Source of the DNA: an uncultured delta proteobacterium
GTDB lineage: Bacteria > Desulfobacterota > Binatia > DP-6
NCBI GenBank assembly: GCA_963815115.1
Contig: CAWFFN010000008.1
Span: 192,001 to 256,000, forward strand
DNA: 64,000 nucleotides
Reading direction: 5' to 3'
Positions 30,212 through 40,701 of the stretch are shown here, piece after piece. Within the stretch, counting starts at the first letter, position 1, and each line of letters starts with the position of its first letter. Below the pieces are notes generated by a model. The model ran no database searches. It was not told where the DNA came from and saw only the letters and a program-made list of their open reading frames with translations. The translations under genes and the position numbers were made by a program.

Positions 30212-30531
30212 TCAGAGTCCGAGTGCCACGAAGTTGTCGCACAAGGCGACTGCGCTTATGGTCCCGTCGGCTGCGAAGCCGAGGGGGACCCCGCAATGCA
30301 CCTGTCCCAGTCCCCCCTCGTCGGTGAAGACGAAGCCCGGTTGGTCGGGCACCAAGAGCTCGTGGCATACACACGCGACCTTCATCTTGGCATGCTCCCC
30401 GGGGCTAATTGGGGAGCGACCTTCCCGATCAGCCTGTTGAACGTGTCCTGGTCGGTGGCGGCAGCAGGCCTCGCGGTGACCCCCCCCGCCAGCACGGCCA
30501 GCAGCCCGAGTGTCCAATACCGATGTGTCAT
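30212..30531 (-). pseudogene. Small secreted Cys-containing protein, frameshifted
   Basis: MTHRYWTLGLLAVLAGGVTARPAAATDQ signal peptide, continuing in another frame KVACVCHE...CDNFVALGL*. Confidence 0.55.
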
Positions 30532-30662
30532 TGGCGCATCCTCCTTACTGTCTCCGGCCGGCGACCTGCTCGTCGGCGTTCACTCCGGGGGCGTTCAAAC
30601 CGATCGAACAATGTACGGTCCGGTCCGGGTCGCGGGCCCGCGCCACGACAGTCGGCTACCAA

Positions 30663-30929
30663 GCGGCGGCGCGTCGACGCGGGTCCTTTCCTAGGCCCAG
30701 GCCGGCGGCGTGGCGGAGCGTGCTGGTGGTCACGGGCGACGCGCTCGAGGGCGAGCAGGTCATCGCGCGCGCGCACGTGCTCGCGGACAGCGACGTGCGA
30801 CGGGCGGGGCAGCGCGGCACGTTGCGCGTCACAAGCTGGCTCGCGGCGCGGCTGGGCGTGGCCTGTGCGGGCCCTACCGGCGGCGCCCCGGCGACGGGTC
30901 CTTCCCGGGCGGCCGGCCCGGCGTGGCGA
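30663..30929 (+). other. Two imperfect ~50-bp repeats each containing lambda cosQ-like GGGTCCT, upstream of terS
   Basis: GGGTCCTTTCC at 30681 and GGGTCCTTCCC at 30896 with shared flanks CGGCGGCGC and CGGCGTGGCG. Confidence 0.5.
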
Positions 30930-31017
30930 CGCCCCGCAAAATACGCCCAGCGGGTGGGCGCTGCGAGGGTTTTTGGTGGTTGTTGCCCGAGCCGGGTTGC
31001 GCTAGCGGGCACGGAGC

Positions 31018-31525
31018 ATGCCAGGCGAGCTGATGTCGCAGGCCGCGTACGGCCGCCGCCGCGGGATCTCGCAAGCGGCGGTCTGGAAGCGGACGACGGC
31101 GGCCGGCGGGCCGATCCCGGTGCACGGGCCGAAGAAGCTGATCGACGTCGCGGAGGCCGACGCGCTGTGGGAGGCCACCCGCACGGTGCAGGGCGAGGCG
31201 GGGGCCGAGACGGCGCACGAGGCGCCGACGTTCCCGTCGGGCAGTGACCTGTCGCGGGCGCGCGCCGCGGCGCTGGTGGTCGACGTGCAGACCAAACGGC
31301 TCGCGCTCGAGCAGCGCCGCGGCGCCCTCATCTCCCGCGACCGGGCGGTCACCAGGGCGTTCAGCTTCGCCCGCATGCTGCGCGACGCCTGGCTCAATTG
31401 GCCGACGCGGATCGGCCCGCCGCTCGCGGCGGACCTCGGCGTCGAGCCGGCCGTGCTGGTACTCGCGCTCGAGGAGCTCGTACGCGCACCTCCAAGAACT
31501 GGCGAGCGAGCGCTGCGAGTTCTGA
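31018..31525 (+). pseudogene. Phage terminase small subunit-like protein (Nu1-type), frameshift near 31485
   Basis: wHTH SQAAYGRRRGISQAAVWK; FARMLRDAWLNWPTRI..LAADLGV..HLQEL. Confidence 0.75.
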
Positions 31526-31878
31526 ACGAGGGTTACCGACGATCAGGGTACGCTACGGTTCGCCCGCGCGGAGAGCGCGCGAAGCCGGATGAGTGCTCCA
31601 GAGCCGCGCCGGTAGAGGAAACTCCCTCTAGCGGCGACCATGGAAATTGCGGGCGTTGACCCATGGGGACGGTACCAGCGATACGCACGCGGCGGTACGC
31701 GAGCGGGCCGGTCGGGCTTCCAGGGCTTGCGATGGTCCGCGCGCCAGCATTCGAGCAGGTGGCAAATCGGCGCCAGGATGGCGGTGAAGCAAACTGCGCA
31801 AACGTAGGCTGTCAAAATGGCGCAGCACATTTTCCTTTCCCTTACCGGGCGCTGCGCTCGGACTGGACCACCCCCAGG

Positions 31879-32658
31879 CTAGCGGAGCAGACTTACGATC
31901 CAGGGTAGGAACGGCACGACGTTCGTATCCCAGCTGAGGATGCCGGAGCAGTTCGCATCGCCGCCTGAGGTCACGCCAGCGAGTGTATCTCCGACTAAGA
32001 AGGGTCCGCCTGAGTCGCCGTGGCAGGTATCCTGCTGCCAGGGTCGAGCGCGCCAGCAGAGCGAACGGGCCAGATCGCCGGGCCAGACCCCGAGAGCTGC
32101 CATGCGTCTGGGACACCGCTTGAGACGTACGAAGCCCATCTCTTTGAGGCCCACGTTTCCCACCTCGTCCTGACCGTAGCCGACGATCGTGCCAACCGTC
32201 CGCGGACGTGGCGTCCGACCGGCCAGTGGCACCGGATTGACACCCGCGACGGGTGCCTCGAGCAGGAGCATCGCGAGGTCGGCGACAGGAAAGCGAAACT
32301 CAGGATGGATGGCGTAGCCGATGACGGCGTAGGAGGTTCTCGTGGTGGGAGTTGGGAAAAAGACGGCGTCGATCGCCACTGGGCCGTCAGCAACACAGTG
32401 CGCTGCCGTAAGGATCACAGACGGGCTGACCAGCGTGCCGGTACAGAGACCGTAGTTCATCGGGTTCTGGATGCTGAGGCCGGCGACTGCGGGATACGCC
32501 GCCGTGAAAACGCCGTTGATGATCTGGGGGACGGCGTGTTCGGCGAGATCTCGCTGGGCTTGCGGGACGGCGCGCAGCGCCGGATCCGGCAGCATTTGCC
32601 ACGCGTTCGCGTGCGCGTATCCCAGTGTAGTGACGAGGACTAACGACAGCAGTCGCAT
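31879..32658 (-). CDS. Secreted trypsin-like (S1) serine protease
   Basis: IING, CTGTLV..ILTAAHC, DLAML, GDSGGP. Confidence 0.95.
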   Translation of the reverse strand: MRLLSLVLVTTLGYAHANAWQMLPDPALRAVPQAQRDLAEHAVPQIINGVFTAAYPAVAGLSIQNPMNYGLCTGTLVSPSVILTAAHCVADGPVAIDAVFFPTPTTRTSYAVIGYAIHPEFRFPVADLAMLLLEAPVAGVNPVPLAGRTPRPRTVGTIVGYGQDEVGNVGLKEMGFVRLKRCPRRMAALGVWPGDLARSLCWRARPWQQDTCHGDSGGPFLVGDTLAGVTSGGDANCSGILSWDTNVVPFLPWIVSLLR

Positions 32659-32864
32659 TGACACGAACTTCCCTCTCTTCGAACGGTTGCCGGCGTGACC
32701 CCCATTGGCCGCGTTGGGCGCCCGGCTGGAGCGCCTGCTAGAGACGCCGGCTCCGTGCCGCGATGTGTCACGCCGCTCGCTGCCGACGCACAAAGATACA
32801 GCGTCGCCTGGCGATACAGCCCGCCCGTGCAGCGTTTCTGGGCTACTAGGTGGTTCTGCTACCG

Positions 32865-32959
32865 CGCCTGGTCGGAGGTATTCGGGCGCGGATCGCTCGC
32901 GCTTGCCGCGGAGTTCGGCGTCGAGCCATCCGTGCTTGTGCTCGCGCTCGCGGAGCTCG
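32865..32959 (+). repeat. Degenerate second copy of the terS 3' region
   Basis: LAAEFGVEPSVLVLALAEL vs LAADLGVEPAVLVLALEEL (31386-31480). Confidence 0.8.
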
Positions 32960-33098
32960 GGGGGAGGGCGAATCCTCGAGCTCAGCTTGATTGTTAACGA
33001 GGGTCTTCCAAGGTCCTACCAGGAGCGCGGCGACTCTTGAGATCCGCGCAGCCTGACGTGGGTCGTGGGACTATACGGAGCCATCCAATTCAAGTTAG

Positions 33099-33443
33099 AT
33101 GGTGACTAAAGGAGGACTCGTGTCCGATCACGACGAATCTCCACGAGGGGAGGGCCGTCAAGCTGCCCTTCAGGGAAGGGTCGACTTCCACCAAGCGCTA
33201 CTAAAGGAATACCGCACCCGCGGGTATCAGATTGTCCTTGCGCACGCAGGGCTGACTGTCAGCGCAGGTAGGTATGCCGTCGATCGTCCGGGACAGGAGT
33301 CGCTCGCGATCGCGTGTGCCATGACGGTCGTGACAGCCTTCCTGTACAACTGGCTCTCGCGTCTGAAGGAGAAATCGGACGGTCATCGAGATGACGCCAT
33401 GGGGCTGTACAAGCGTTTGGGGGTTGCGCTAGCTAGAGCGTGA
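33099..33443 (+). CDS. Small membrane hypothetical protein, possibly truncated
   Basis: Two hydrophobic stretches, lower GC; AAAGGAGG favours the GTG start at 33120. Confidence 0.5.
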   Translation: MVTKGGLVSDHDESPRGEGRQAALQGRVDFHQALLKEYRTRGYQIVLAHAGLTVSAGRYAVDRPGQESLAIACAMTVVTAFLYNWLSRLKEKSDGHRDDAMGLYKRLGVALARA

Positions 33444-33629
33444 TTCTGAGCACCAGCATTCACGGCACCGCCTTTGGGGTCCGCTCGTCTGGTTCCCGTG
33501 GGCAGCCCTTATAGGTCTTTGGATTTGGATATTGGGTGCAAACGTTCGAACGCTCTGTGCCCTCGTCAAGTAACGCCATCATGGTAGAGTCCGCCAGCGC
33601 GACTCGTGCGCCGGCATACGGCTGCCGGC

Positions 33630-34409
33630 CTAGCGTGGGACGCGGGCGCGCGAGACTCGATGCCCGCGGCGGTCTCGCGCGGAGGTAGTGGCCCCGCTAC
33701 GCCGGTCGTCGAGCTGATCCGTATCGCGCAACTGCTCGGCCGCACGCCCGAAGCGCACTTGGAGCTCCGAGTCCTCTTCGAGGCGCCCGAGGTAGCTCTC
33801 TCCCCCATCGATGGCCGAGGCGGCGATCTCGTCCGCCAGCATCTCGATACTGATGCAGAACACGTGATCGGCTGCCCACCGGGTGCCGAGATATCCCAAC
33901 CAGTGATAGGGCCGCGTCCGCTTGGGGTACACTTGGAGATGTCGGCGATGGCGACCGCGGGCATACTCCCAGGCGATGCAGCGGTCGCCGTAGTGCACCA
34001 CCATCTGCGGCTGCGCCAGATGGACGAGCTTGTGCCGCCACTGCTGTTGCAGGAGCACGATCTGCTCGTCGGTGTACCGCATGACTTCGCGCATATACGT
34101 CGCGGCTCGCTTGCTCGTCGCTCCTCTCCTCGTCTCGCCGGCGTAGAGCGCGCCCAAGAGATCGATGGTGGCGAAGCAATGGATGAGCGCCGGAAAGTCC
34201 ACGTGTCGCCCTAGGTCAACCTCGGCGCCGCACGCTCCGCACGACACGGATTTCCGTAGGCAATGCGCAACGGCCGTCCGTAGCTCGGCCGCGTGTCTCT
34301 GCAGCATGAGCCGCGCCATCTCGAGCAACGCCCGCTCATCTTCGAAGGGCCCTAGCGTGGGCACTGCGCGCCGATCTCCCGCCGCCCGCGCGCCTCGACC
34401 ACCTGTCAT
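33630..34409 (-). CDS. Hypothetical protein with HEPN-like Rx4H motif
   Basis: FPALIHCFATIDLLGALY...WRHKLVH. Confidence 0.6.
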   Translation of the reverse strand: MTGGRGARAAGDRRAVPTLGPFEDERALLEMARLMLQRHAAELRTAVAHCLRKSVSCGACGAEVDLGRHVDFPALIHCFATIDLLGALYAGETRRGATSKRAATYMREVMRYTDEQIVLLQQQWRHKLVHLAQPQMVVHYGDRCIAWEYARGRHRRHLQVYPKRTRPYHWLGYLGTRWAADHVFCISIEMLADEIAASAIDGGESYLGRLEEDSELQVRFGRAAEQLRDTDQLDDRRSGATTSARDRRGHRVSRARVPR

Positions 34410-34525
34410 GACGGCATGCTAGCCGAGTACACTGGGCCCTGCAACGAGCGCTGACGGTGCGGCGAATCAACGCGCGGGGTGGGCGCTGCCGCCGCACCGC
34501 TTCTTCTGGCGCGGCCGGGGTATCT

Positions 34526-34627
34526 CCCCCTTCGGAGCTCCCTTTGGCGCGCGGGGATTGCGTCGGATAAGGCCTTTTCCGTCACCTTTCACGAAAAGGG
34601 CGTTCATGGCGCCCATGTCCCCGACGA
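34526..34627 (+). repeat. Dispersed hairpin repeat copy B (empty IS110 target)
   Basis: Contiguous left and right halves; AG core at 34570-34571. Confidence 0.95.
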
Positions 34628-34645
34628 CGTGATCGCGGCGATGCG

Positions 34646-35306
34646 GTGAGTGCAGAGTACCGCAGGATCCGGATTGTGCCGCTGCTCGAGCCACCGCCGG
34701 CGAAACTGCGGTCGTCGGAACCTGCGCGCGGTGATAGACGGAGCGCCGTGGTCGATGCGCCCGAGCCGCTCACGGACGAGGCGCTGGAGAAGGTCCTCGT
34801 TCGCGGCCTGCAACCCGGACGGGTGACGCTGATCGAGTACAACCCGACATGGCCAGCGGCCTCCGGACCCACCGTGCCCGCATCGAGCAGGCCCTCGGCG
34901 ACCGGATCCGCCTGATCGAGCACATCGGATCGACCGCGGTTCCCGGGCTGGCGGCCAAACCGATCATCGACGTCGTGGTGGCGGTGGACGACCCGACGAC
35001 GAGGGCTCCTACCTCGACGACCTGGTGAACGCCGGGTACGGCGTGCGGGTCAGGGAGCCGGGCCACCGATGCCTGCGGTTCACCGAGGGCGAGCCCGCCA
35101 ACGTCCACTGCTATGCCCCCCGGGTCCGTCGAGATACGCCGCTACCTGGCGCTGCGCGACCGTCTGCGTGCCACGCCGACGAGCGCGCCTGGTACGAGGC
35201 CACGAAACGTGAGCTCGCGCAGCGGGAATGGAAGGACGTGAACCACTACGCCGAGGCCAAGGGGCCGGTCATCCGGGCAATCCTGGAGCGCGCCCGCTGT
35301 GACTGA
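34646..35306 (+). pseudogene. GrpB/UPF0157-family protein, several frameshifts
   Basis: EYNPTWP, IEHIGSTAVPGLAAKPIID, YEATKRELA, YAEAKGPVI in different frames. Confidence 0.85.
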
Positions 35307-35527
35307 TCCACCGGGACAGGGCACTCGGCGGGCTGCAAGTTCGTAGCGCCGACTCGTTCCCAAGCGACCGATCACCGCCGACTGAGCGTCGCCTGGTCCC
35401 GATTCCCTGAATCCTCCGGAAGGTGGACCCCTGCATCCACCCTCGCGGCCCGTGCGTAGGGTCCATGAAATGGTTGCCGAACCGGCCGAATCCCGGCCGA
35501 AAATCCCGGGCAGCCCGGAGGAGTCCC

Positions 35528-36211
35528 ATGATGACCATTCGTTCCGAGAGTAGCAGGTGGCTGGCCCGTGCCGCGGTGGTCGCGGCGATCGCGGTCGCAC
35601 GCGTGAGCAGCGCACAGGAGCTCGATCAGAAGCAGTTCAACCTGTTCCCGGACCCATCGGTCGTGCGATGCCTGGCCGCGTTCCCCGACGATCCGTCGCG
35701 CCCGCCGTCGGCGAGCGTCACGGTCAAGCGCGGCAAGCTCAACGACCGCCTCGACATCACGCTGCGTAACATCAAGCCCGGGCTCGCCTTCGACATGTTC
35801 ACCGTCGAGCACAGCAAGTTCCTCGCCAACGGGACCGTCGATCCCGCCTTCGTCGCCCGGAACAAGAGCTTCGGCCTCGCCTGGTACCAGTCGGACCTCG
35901 AGGTAAAGAACGACCACCGCAACGTGACCACGATCCAGACCATCCTCGTCGACCAGATCTTCGGGTTCGACCCCGTCGTCGGGCTCGATCCGACCAACAC
36001 CTTCCACGTCGGCTTCTGGTTCAACGACCCGCAGGTTCCCTTCGACCTCGGGTGCGAGCCCGGCGCGGCGACGCCCACCGTGACTCCGTTTAACGGCGAG
36101 CACCACGCCGGCCCGCTCGCCATGATCAGCCTCCCCGAGGCGGCGACCGATCTCGGCCCGCTCTGCCTCAACCCCGATCTGTCCAGCGATCCGGTCCACT
36201 GCAATCCGTGA
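35528..36211 (+). CDS. Secreted hypothetical protein
   Basis: GGAGGAG RBS, signal peptide, LAWYQSD, TFHVGFWFNDP, FNGEHHAG. Confidence 0.8.
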   Translation: MMTIRSESSRWLARAAVVAAIAVARVSSAQELDQKQFNLFPDPSVVRCLAAFPDDPSRPPSASVTVKRGKLNDRLDITLRNIKPGLAFDMFTVEHSKFLANGTVDPAFVARNKSFGLAWYQSDLEVKNDHRNVTTIQTILVDQIFGFDPVVGLDPTNTFHVGFWFNDPQVPFDLGCEPGAATPTVTPFNGEHHAGPLAMISLPEAATDLGPLCLNPDLSSDPVHCNP

Positions 36212-36341
36212 GTGGCCACCCATCAGGCCCGGGCTGCCCCGGGTGTTTCAGTCGAGCGCGTGGGCCCCGGGCCCGCGCGCTCGCGCGTTTCGGGTCCAGC
36301 CGTTCGGCGACCACGGGGGGCCGCCACGCGAGCGGTAGCAT

Positions 36342-36405
36342 TCGTCGCCGGACTTCGGCCTTATCCGACGCAATCCCCGCGCGCCAAAGGGAGCTCCGAA
36401 GGGGG
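36342..36405 (-). repeat. Dispersed hairpin repeat copy C (inverted, short-loop variant)
   Basis: Reverse complement reads CCCCCTTCGGAGCTCC...GTCGGATAAGGCCGAAGTCCGGCGACGA. Confidence 0.92.
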
Positions 36406-36419
36406 CGCCGCACCCCACG

Positions 36420-36990
36420 CGCTGCGCGCTTCGGCGGGGAGTTCTACTGGACCGCGGACCTGGTCCGAAGCATCGAGGCCTTGCGGCAGAATCTACTCGA
36501 CGCGCGCGCGCTCCTCGGTTGGCTGCAGGCCGAGGACCCGCGCCCGGTCGGTGTCATGGGGCTCAGTCTCGGCGGCGCGCTGACCCTCGCGCACACCTGC
36601 CTGGAGCCCCGCTTCGCGTTTTCGATCCCGCTGATCGCACACATGGACCTCGCCGCGATGGTGGCAGACGCGCCCGTCCTGCGCAGCATGCGGCACGAGC
36701 TACGCCAGTTCGGCTGGGGTGTCGACGAGTTCGGGCGCTTCGTCCGCGACATCGGCTGGTACGACCTGGCGCCGAGGCTGCCGCCCGACCGCATCTACAT
36801 GTTCGCGGCATCGGACGACCGCTTGTTCGACCCGGGCATCGTGGAGGAAATGTGGCGGCGCTGGGGGCGGCCGGCGATCCGTTGGTACCCCGGAAGTCAC
36901 ATGGGCTTCCTCGTGCGCTTCCCCGACGCGATCGCGGAAGCGCGGCGCTTCATCGATCAGTCATCGGACCGCGGGGGCCGGGGCGATTGA
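36420..36990 (+). pseudogene. 5'-truncated alpha/beta hydrolase
   Basis: GLSLGG nucleophile elbow, ASDDR, GSHMG; no plausible start after repeat C. Confidence 0.75.
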
Positions 36991-38893
36991 CAGCAGACGC
37001 GTCACCGTCGCCCGGCGTGGCGGGCAGCACTATGGACCGCGCATTGCCGGCATTCCGTCGGTCCGACAGGATGCTGTCGTAGGTCACGACGGCGCCGCCG
37101 CCGGTCGCGGCCAGCGATGTGACGGCGTCATTGGCCGTCCCGGTCACGAGCGGAAATCCCTCGAGGTCGACCACTGAACCCGCCCGCGTGACCCGCGCGC
37201 CGTAGACGTCCGTGCCGTTCGTGGCCGCCTCCCGGCCGTCCGTCCACACGACGAGATACTCCGCACCCGTGAAGGCCGCCGCGATTCCGGTCTTCGCGCC
37301 CGGCGCGCTGGATACCACGAACTCGTCGCCGTCGGCCGAGAGATCTGCATGACGAAGCTGGCCTCGGATGACGGCCTTCTCCACCCAGAGGATGAGGTAC
37401 GATTCGCCGTCCGAAACGAGAGCGTGTGGCTCATCGTTGTATCGCCGGTCACTTTCCATCGGCCAGGGGACTGGCAGCACGGGCCGCGGCGGTAGAGCCA
37501 CGGCAGGTCCAGGCGACGCCGGTCCCGTCGCGGGCGCGATTGCGGCGCTCCACGCGGTGGGCTTCCAGCGGTTGCTGTAGGGAGCCGGGCTGCCAGGGGG
37601 CGGGAAATGCTCCCAGTCGGTGGAGGACCAGAGCACGCCGAATCCCCCCGCGCCCGGTACGACGAGGCCGTGCTGATCGCCGTGGGCCGCAATGGTGACG
37701 GGCGACGTCGCGCCGGACGAGAGGCGCGCTGCCCCCAGCACATAGCCGAGCTTCGAGCAGCTTCCGCAGCTCGTGAAGAGATCGATGACGATTTCCGACC
37801 AGAGCACGAAGTAGGCGCCGTCCTGGTAGGCCACCTGCGCGCCCGCGAACCAGCGGTCTCCCCCCTCGGATTCCAGCGACTTCAGCAACACGGGCTGTTC
37901 CAACGCAGTCCCGACCGCCGAGAGGCGAAGAGTGTAGAGCTCGACCGGTAAATCGGGCCCCGGCGTGGTGGCTGCCCGGAAGCCGACGCCATCAGAGGTG
38001 AGCCCTGCAATATCGGGCGGAAATACGAGCTCTCCCGGGTCGATCCAGGAGCCGTCCGGCCCGACGCGGCGCCAATGCTCGCCACCACTGTCGTGCCACC
38101 GCAACAGCGCACCGCCCGGTGCCGCCGTAGCGACCACCGCCCGCGAATCAGGTGCGGCGACAGGTGGGAGGACTTCCGGGCTGACGCTCGGCGCCCCCGC
38201 CGTCGTCGTGGTGGTCGACGTGGTGGTGGTCGTGGTCGTCGCTGGTGTCTCGAGCGCAGCGACGAACGCAGCCACGCAGACGTCGTCGATGATCGCCCCC
38301 ACCTCCGCCGCGTTGCCGAGCGGCGGCAGGCAGCGGTTCCGCGACTTCACCTCGAGCTTCGTGAAGCAGCCTTTGGTCGGATCGGCGCCCCCGTCGAACT
38401 TCGCTTTCGTCTTGTCGAGGCAGCCGTCGGCGTTCGGATCGTTCGGCTTCCCGGGGGTCTCCGCCTTCCGGTGGCACGTGAGCACGCTCCGCAGCTTCTG
38501 GGCCGCACACATCTTCTTCCCGGCGTTGCACTTGCTCTGGGTGAGTGGGGCCGGGTCGATCGCGCCGACGACCTGCTGCACGCACACGTCAACCAGCATC
38601 GCGACGAACGCGGTATCGTCGAACGTCACGCAGTCGTTGCGCGTCTTGGTCTCAAGCTTCCCGAAGCAGGTATCCGGCCCGACGACACCGAACTTGGCCC
38701 GCGCCTTGTCGATGCAGGCGCCGGCGTTCGGGTCCGCCGTCTTCTCGCATTTCAGCAGTGAGTCGACTGCCTTCGAGACACACTCGTTCTTGCCGGCCAG
38801 GCACTTGGTCTGCGGTCCCGCGGCGACGTCGGTCACGGCGGCCGTGAGCACGACCAGGACGCCGAATGCAACGAGGTTCAGGTGCTTCGTCAT
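36950..38893 (-). CDS. Secreted protein: tandem Cys-rich helical domains, Thr linker, beta-repeat domain
   Basis: Signal peptide MTKHLNLVAFG; KCLAGK and KCNAGK repeats; TTTTTTTSTTTTT; DGESYLILW, YLVVWTDGR, DVYGARV. Confidence 0.85.
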   Translation of the reverse strand: MTKHLNLVAFGVLVVLTAAVTDVAAGPQTKCLAGKNECVSKAVDSLLKCEKTADPNAGACIDKARAKFGVVGPDTCFGKLETKTRNDCVTFDDTAFVAMLVDVCVQQVVGAIDPAPLTQSKCNAGKKMCAAQKLRSVLTCHRKAETPGKPNDPNADGCLDKTKAKFDGGADPTKGCFTKLEVKSRNRCLPPLGNAAEVGAIIDDVCVAAFVAALETPATTTTTTTSTTTTTAGAPSVSPEVLPPVAAPDSRAVVATAAPGGALLRWHDSGGEHWRRVGPDGSWIDPGELVFPPDIAGLTSDGVGFRAATTPGPDLPVELYTLRLSAVGTALEQPVLLKSLESEGGDRWFAGAQVAYQDGAYFVLWSEIVIDLFTSCGSCSKLGYVLGAARLSSGATSPVTIAAHGDQHGLVVPGAGGFGVLWSSTDWEHFPPPGSPAPYSNRWKPTAWSAAIAPATGPASPGPAVALPPRPVLPVPWPMESDRRYNDEPHALVSDGESYLILWVEKAVIRGQLRHADLSADGDEFVVSSAPGAKTGIAAAFTGAEYLVVWTDGREAATNGTDVYGARVTRAGSVVDLEGFPLVTGTANDAVTSLAATGGGAVVTYDSILSDRRNAGNARSIVLPATPGDGDASAVNRPGPRGPMTDR

Positions 38894-39366
38894 GACCCGT
38901 CTCCGCGCTGCCCGCGGTTGGTCGTCGACCCTTGTATCGTCTCGGGACGCGCGAGGCGCGTCGCCGGTAGCCCGAGTCCTCGTCCAGCGCGCTCCCGCCG
39001 ATCGCAGCCCCCGATCGACGGACATCGCGAGACTCGAGCGCAAGGCGCGTGCCACACACTCGTCACGGAGGCAATGTGGCTCTTCCGGAGACCGCGTGGA
39101 CCTCGACTCTCGTCCGTCGGAATCGAGCGGGGCGTCTTCCCAAGATCGGGAAGCGACTCGCGCTGGCATAGTCCTCAGTGCTAGCCTGACATCTTTCACG
39201 GTGGGCTAGACCGTCGCATACGGCCGGCCCTCCAGTCAGGGGAAGATAACGGTGGGTGAGGACAAGCCGTCGAGCACATGGGCTACCTATGGCGAGTGCC
39301 CTGCTGAAGCCTCCCGCTGCGAGCCCCGGCGCGCGGCGCGGGACAGGCTTGGGACGCGTCCGGCGG

Positions 39367-40680
39367 TCATGGGTGGCGTGACGTCCACGCGGGGTCATCG
39401 GTCACGAGCTGCGTGAGCCAGGTCAGCAGAGTCGTCTCGTTCTCACTGAAGTTCGCCGGCGTGAACAGGGTGGTGTGCGTCGACCCGGGGAAGAAGAAGT
39501 AGTGGAAGCGGGCGGTCGGATCGAGCCGGTCCGCTGCCATGGTCACTAGCGCGCTCTGGAACGCCGGGCCGGAGAGCCCGGAGCCCGAGCTGATCGTCTC
39601 GTCTTGCAACGAGGAGATGAGCGCTAGGCGGGAGCCTGGGTACGTGCTCGCGAGTCCCGAGAAGAACAGGGACATATCGGTGCGACAGGGTGCGCCGCAC
39701 ACCGGGTCGGTGACGCGGTCGAGCCGCCAGCTCGCGAACGCGGGCGCATAGGACACCAATGGCGCCGAGGACGGCTCCAGGAACGGGCCCGAGTCGTCGA
39801 CCATCTCGACGGTCGCCGCGGGCCACCGTCCGCGGACGTCCGGGTAGTTCAACGCCGCGCCTAACCCGCCTGCCGATGAGCCGGCGATCACGACGCGATC
39901 GGCACCCGGGAACGTCGGCGCGAGCCGCGCCAGGTAGGCGAGCACGTTCGCGTGCCCGACGTGATAAAACATCCTCGTCGTCTGGCCGTCAAGGCTCGTG
40001 TAGGTGGCGACGTTCGTGCCGGCATGGAAGTCTCCGGTGCAGTACGGGACTATGACGAAGCTCCAGTCCTTAAATGGGTTCGCGGACATAGTTCGATCGA
40101 ACACAGTGCCGGTCAGATACTGAACGAACGCCGCAAACTGTGCTTGCCCAAACGGCCCGTGGACGGCCGTGTTCAGCACGAAGCACGTCAGGTAGTCCCA
40201 GCACCCGCCGCCGCCGTTCAGGAACACGAGGACGTGGTCCGACATCGCCGACGGGTTCAGGCCGATGCCCGTCGCCGAGCCGTCGTCGCAGGCGGAGTCC
40301 GGAAAATCGACCCATGTCCACGTATTGGTGGGCGCGACAATCGCTGAACCACCGGGGAGGGTCGTGCTGATGGTGGACGTCGTCGTCGTCGTCGAGCTTG
40401 TCGTCGTTGTTGTGGTAGGACACACGGGAGTACCCGTCTCCTTGCAGCTAGCTGCGCAGGATGAGGTAACCTGACTATGACATTGATGCTTGGCCTTTCT
40501 CATGCACCTACGAGCCTTACCACGTGGTGAAGTAGGACATGAGGCGACCGCAGCATCAACACAATCAATGACAGCACCGGAACAGGTCGATGCACACTCA
40601 TGGCAGGCCTTGGGAGTCTTGGCCATCGAACTCCCAATCGGGATAAGGACAAGCCACAATACACTCAGGAAATATCTCAT
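39367..40680 (-). CDS. Pectin-acetylesterase/Notum-like hydrolase with N-terminal Cys-rich domain and Thr linker
   Basis: CDDGSATG, FLNGGGGCW, VPYCTGDFHAG, GSSAGG, DSGP, GSTHT. Confidence 0.9.
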   Translation of the reverse strand: MRYFLSVLWLVLIPIGSSMAKTPKACHECASTCSGAVIDCVDAAVASCPTSPRGKARRCMRKAKHQCHSQVTSSCAASCKETGTPVCPTTTTTTSSTTTTTSTISTTLPGGSAIVAPTNTWTWVDFPDSACDDGSATGIGLNPSAMSDHVLVFLNGGGGCWDYLTCFVLNTAVHGPFGQAQFAAFVQYLTGTVFDRTMSANPFKDWSFVIVPYCTGDFHAGTNVATYTSLDGQTTRMFYHVGHANVLAYLARLAPTFPGADRVVIAGSSAGGLGAALNYPDVRGRWPAATVEMVDDSGPFLEPSSAPLVSYAPAFASWRLDRVTDPVCGAPCRTDMSLFFSGLASTYPGSRLALISSLQDETISSGSGLSGPAFQSALVTMAADRLDPTARFHYFFFPGSTHTTLFTPANFSENETTLLTWLTQLVTDDPAWTSRHP

Positions 40681-40701
40681 CGGTCTCGCCTTGTAGCGAC
40701 C

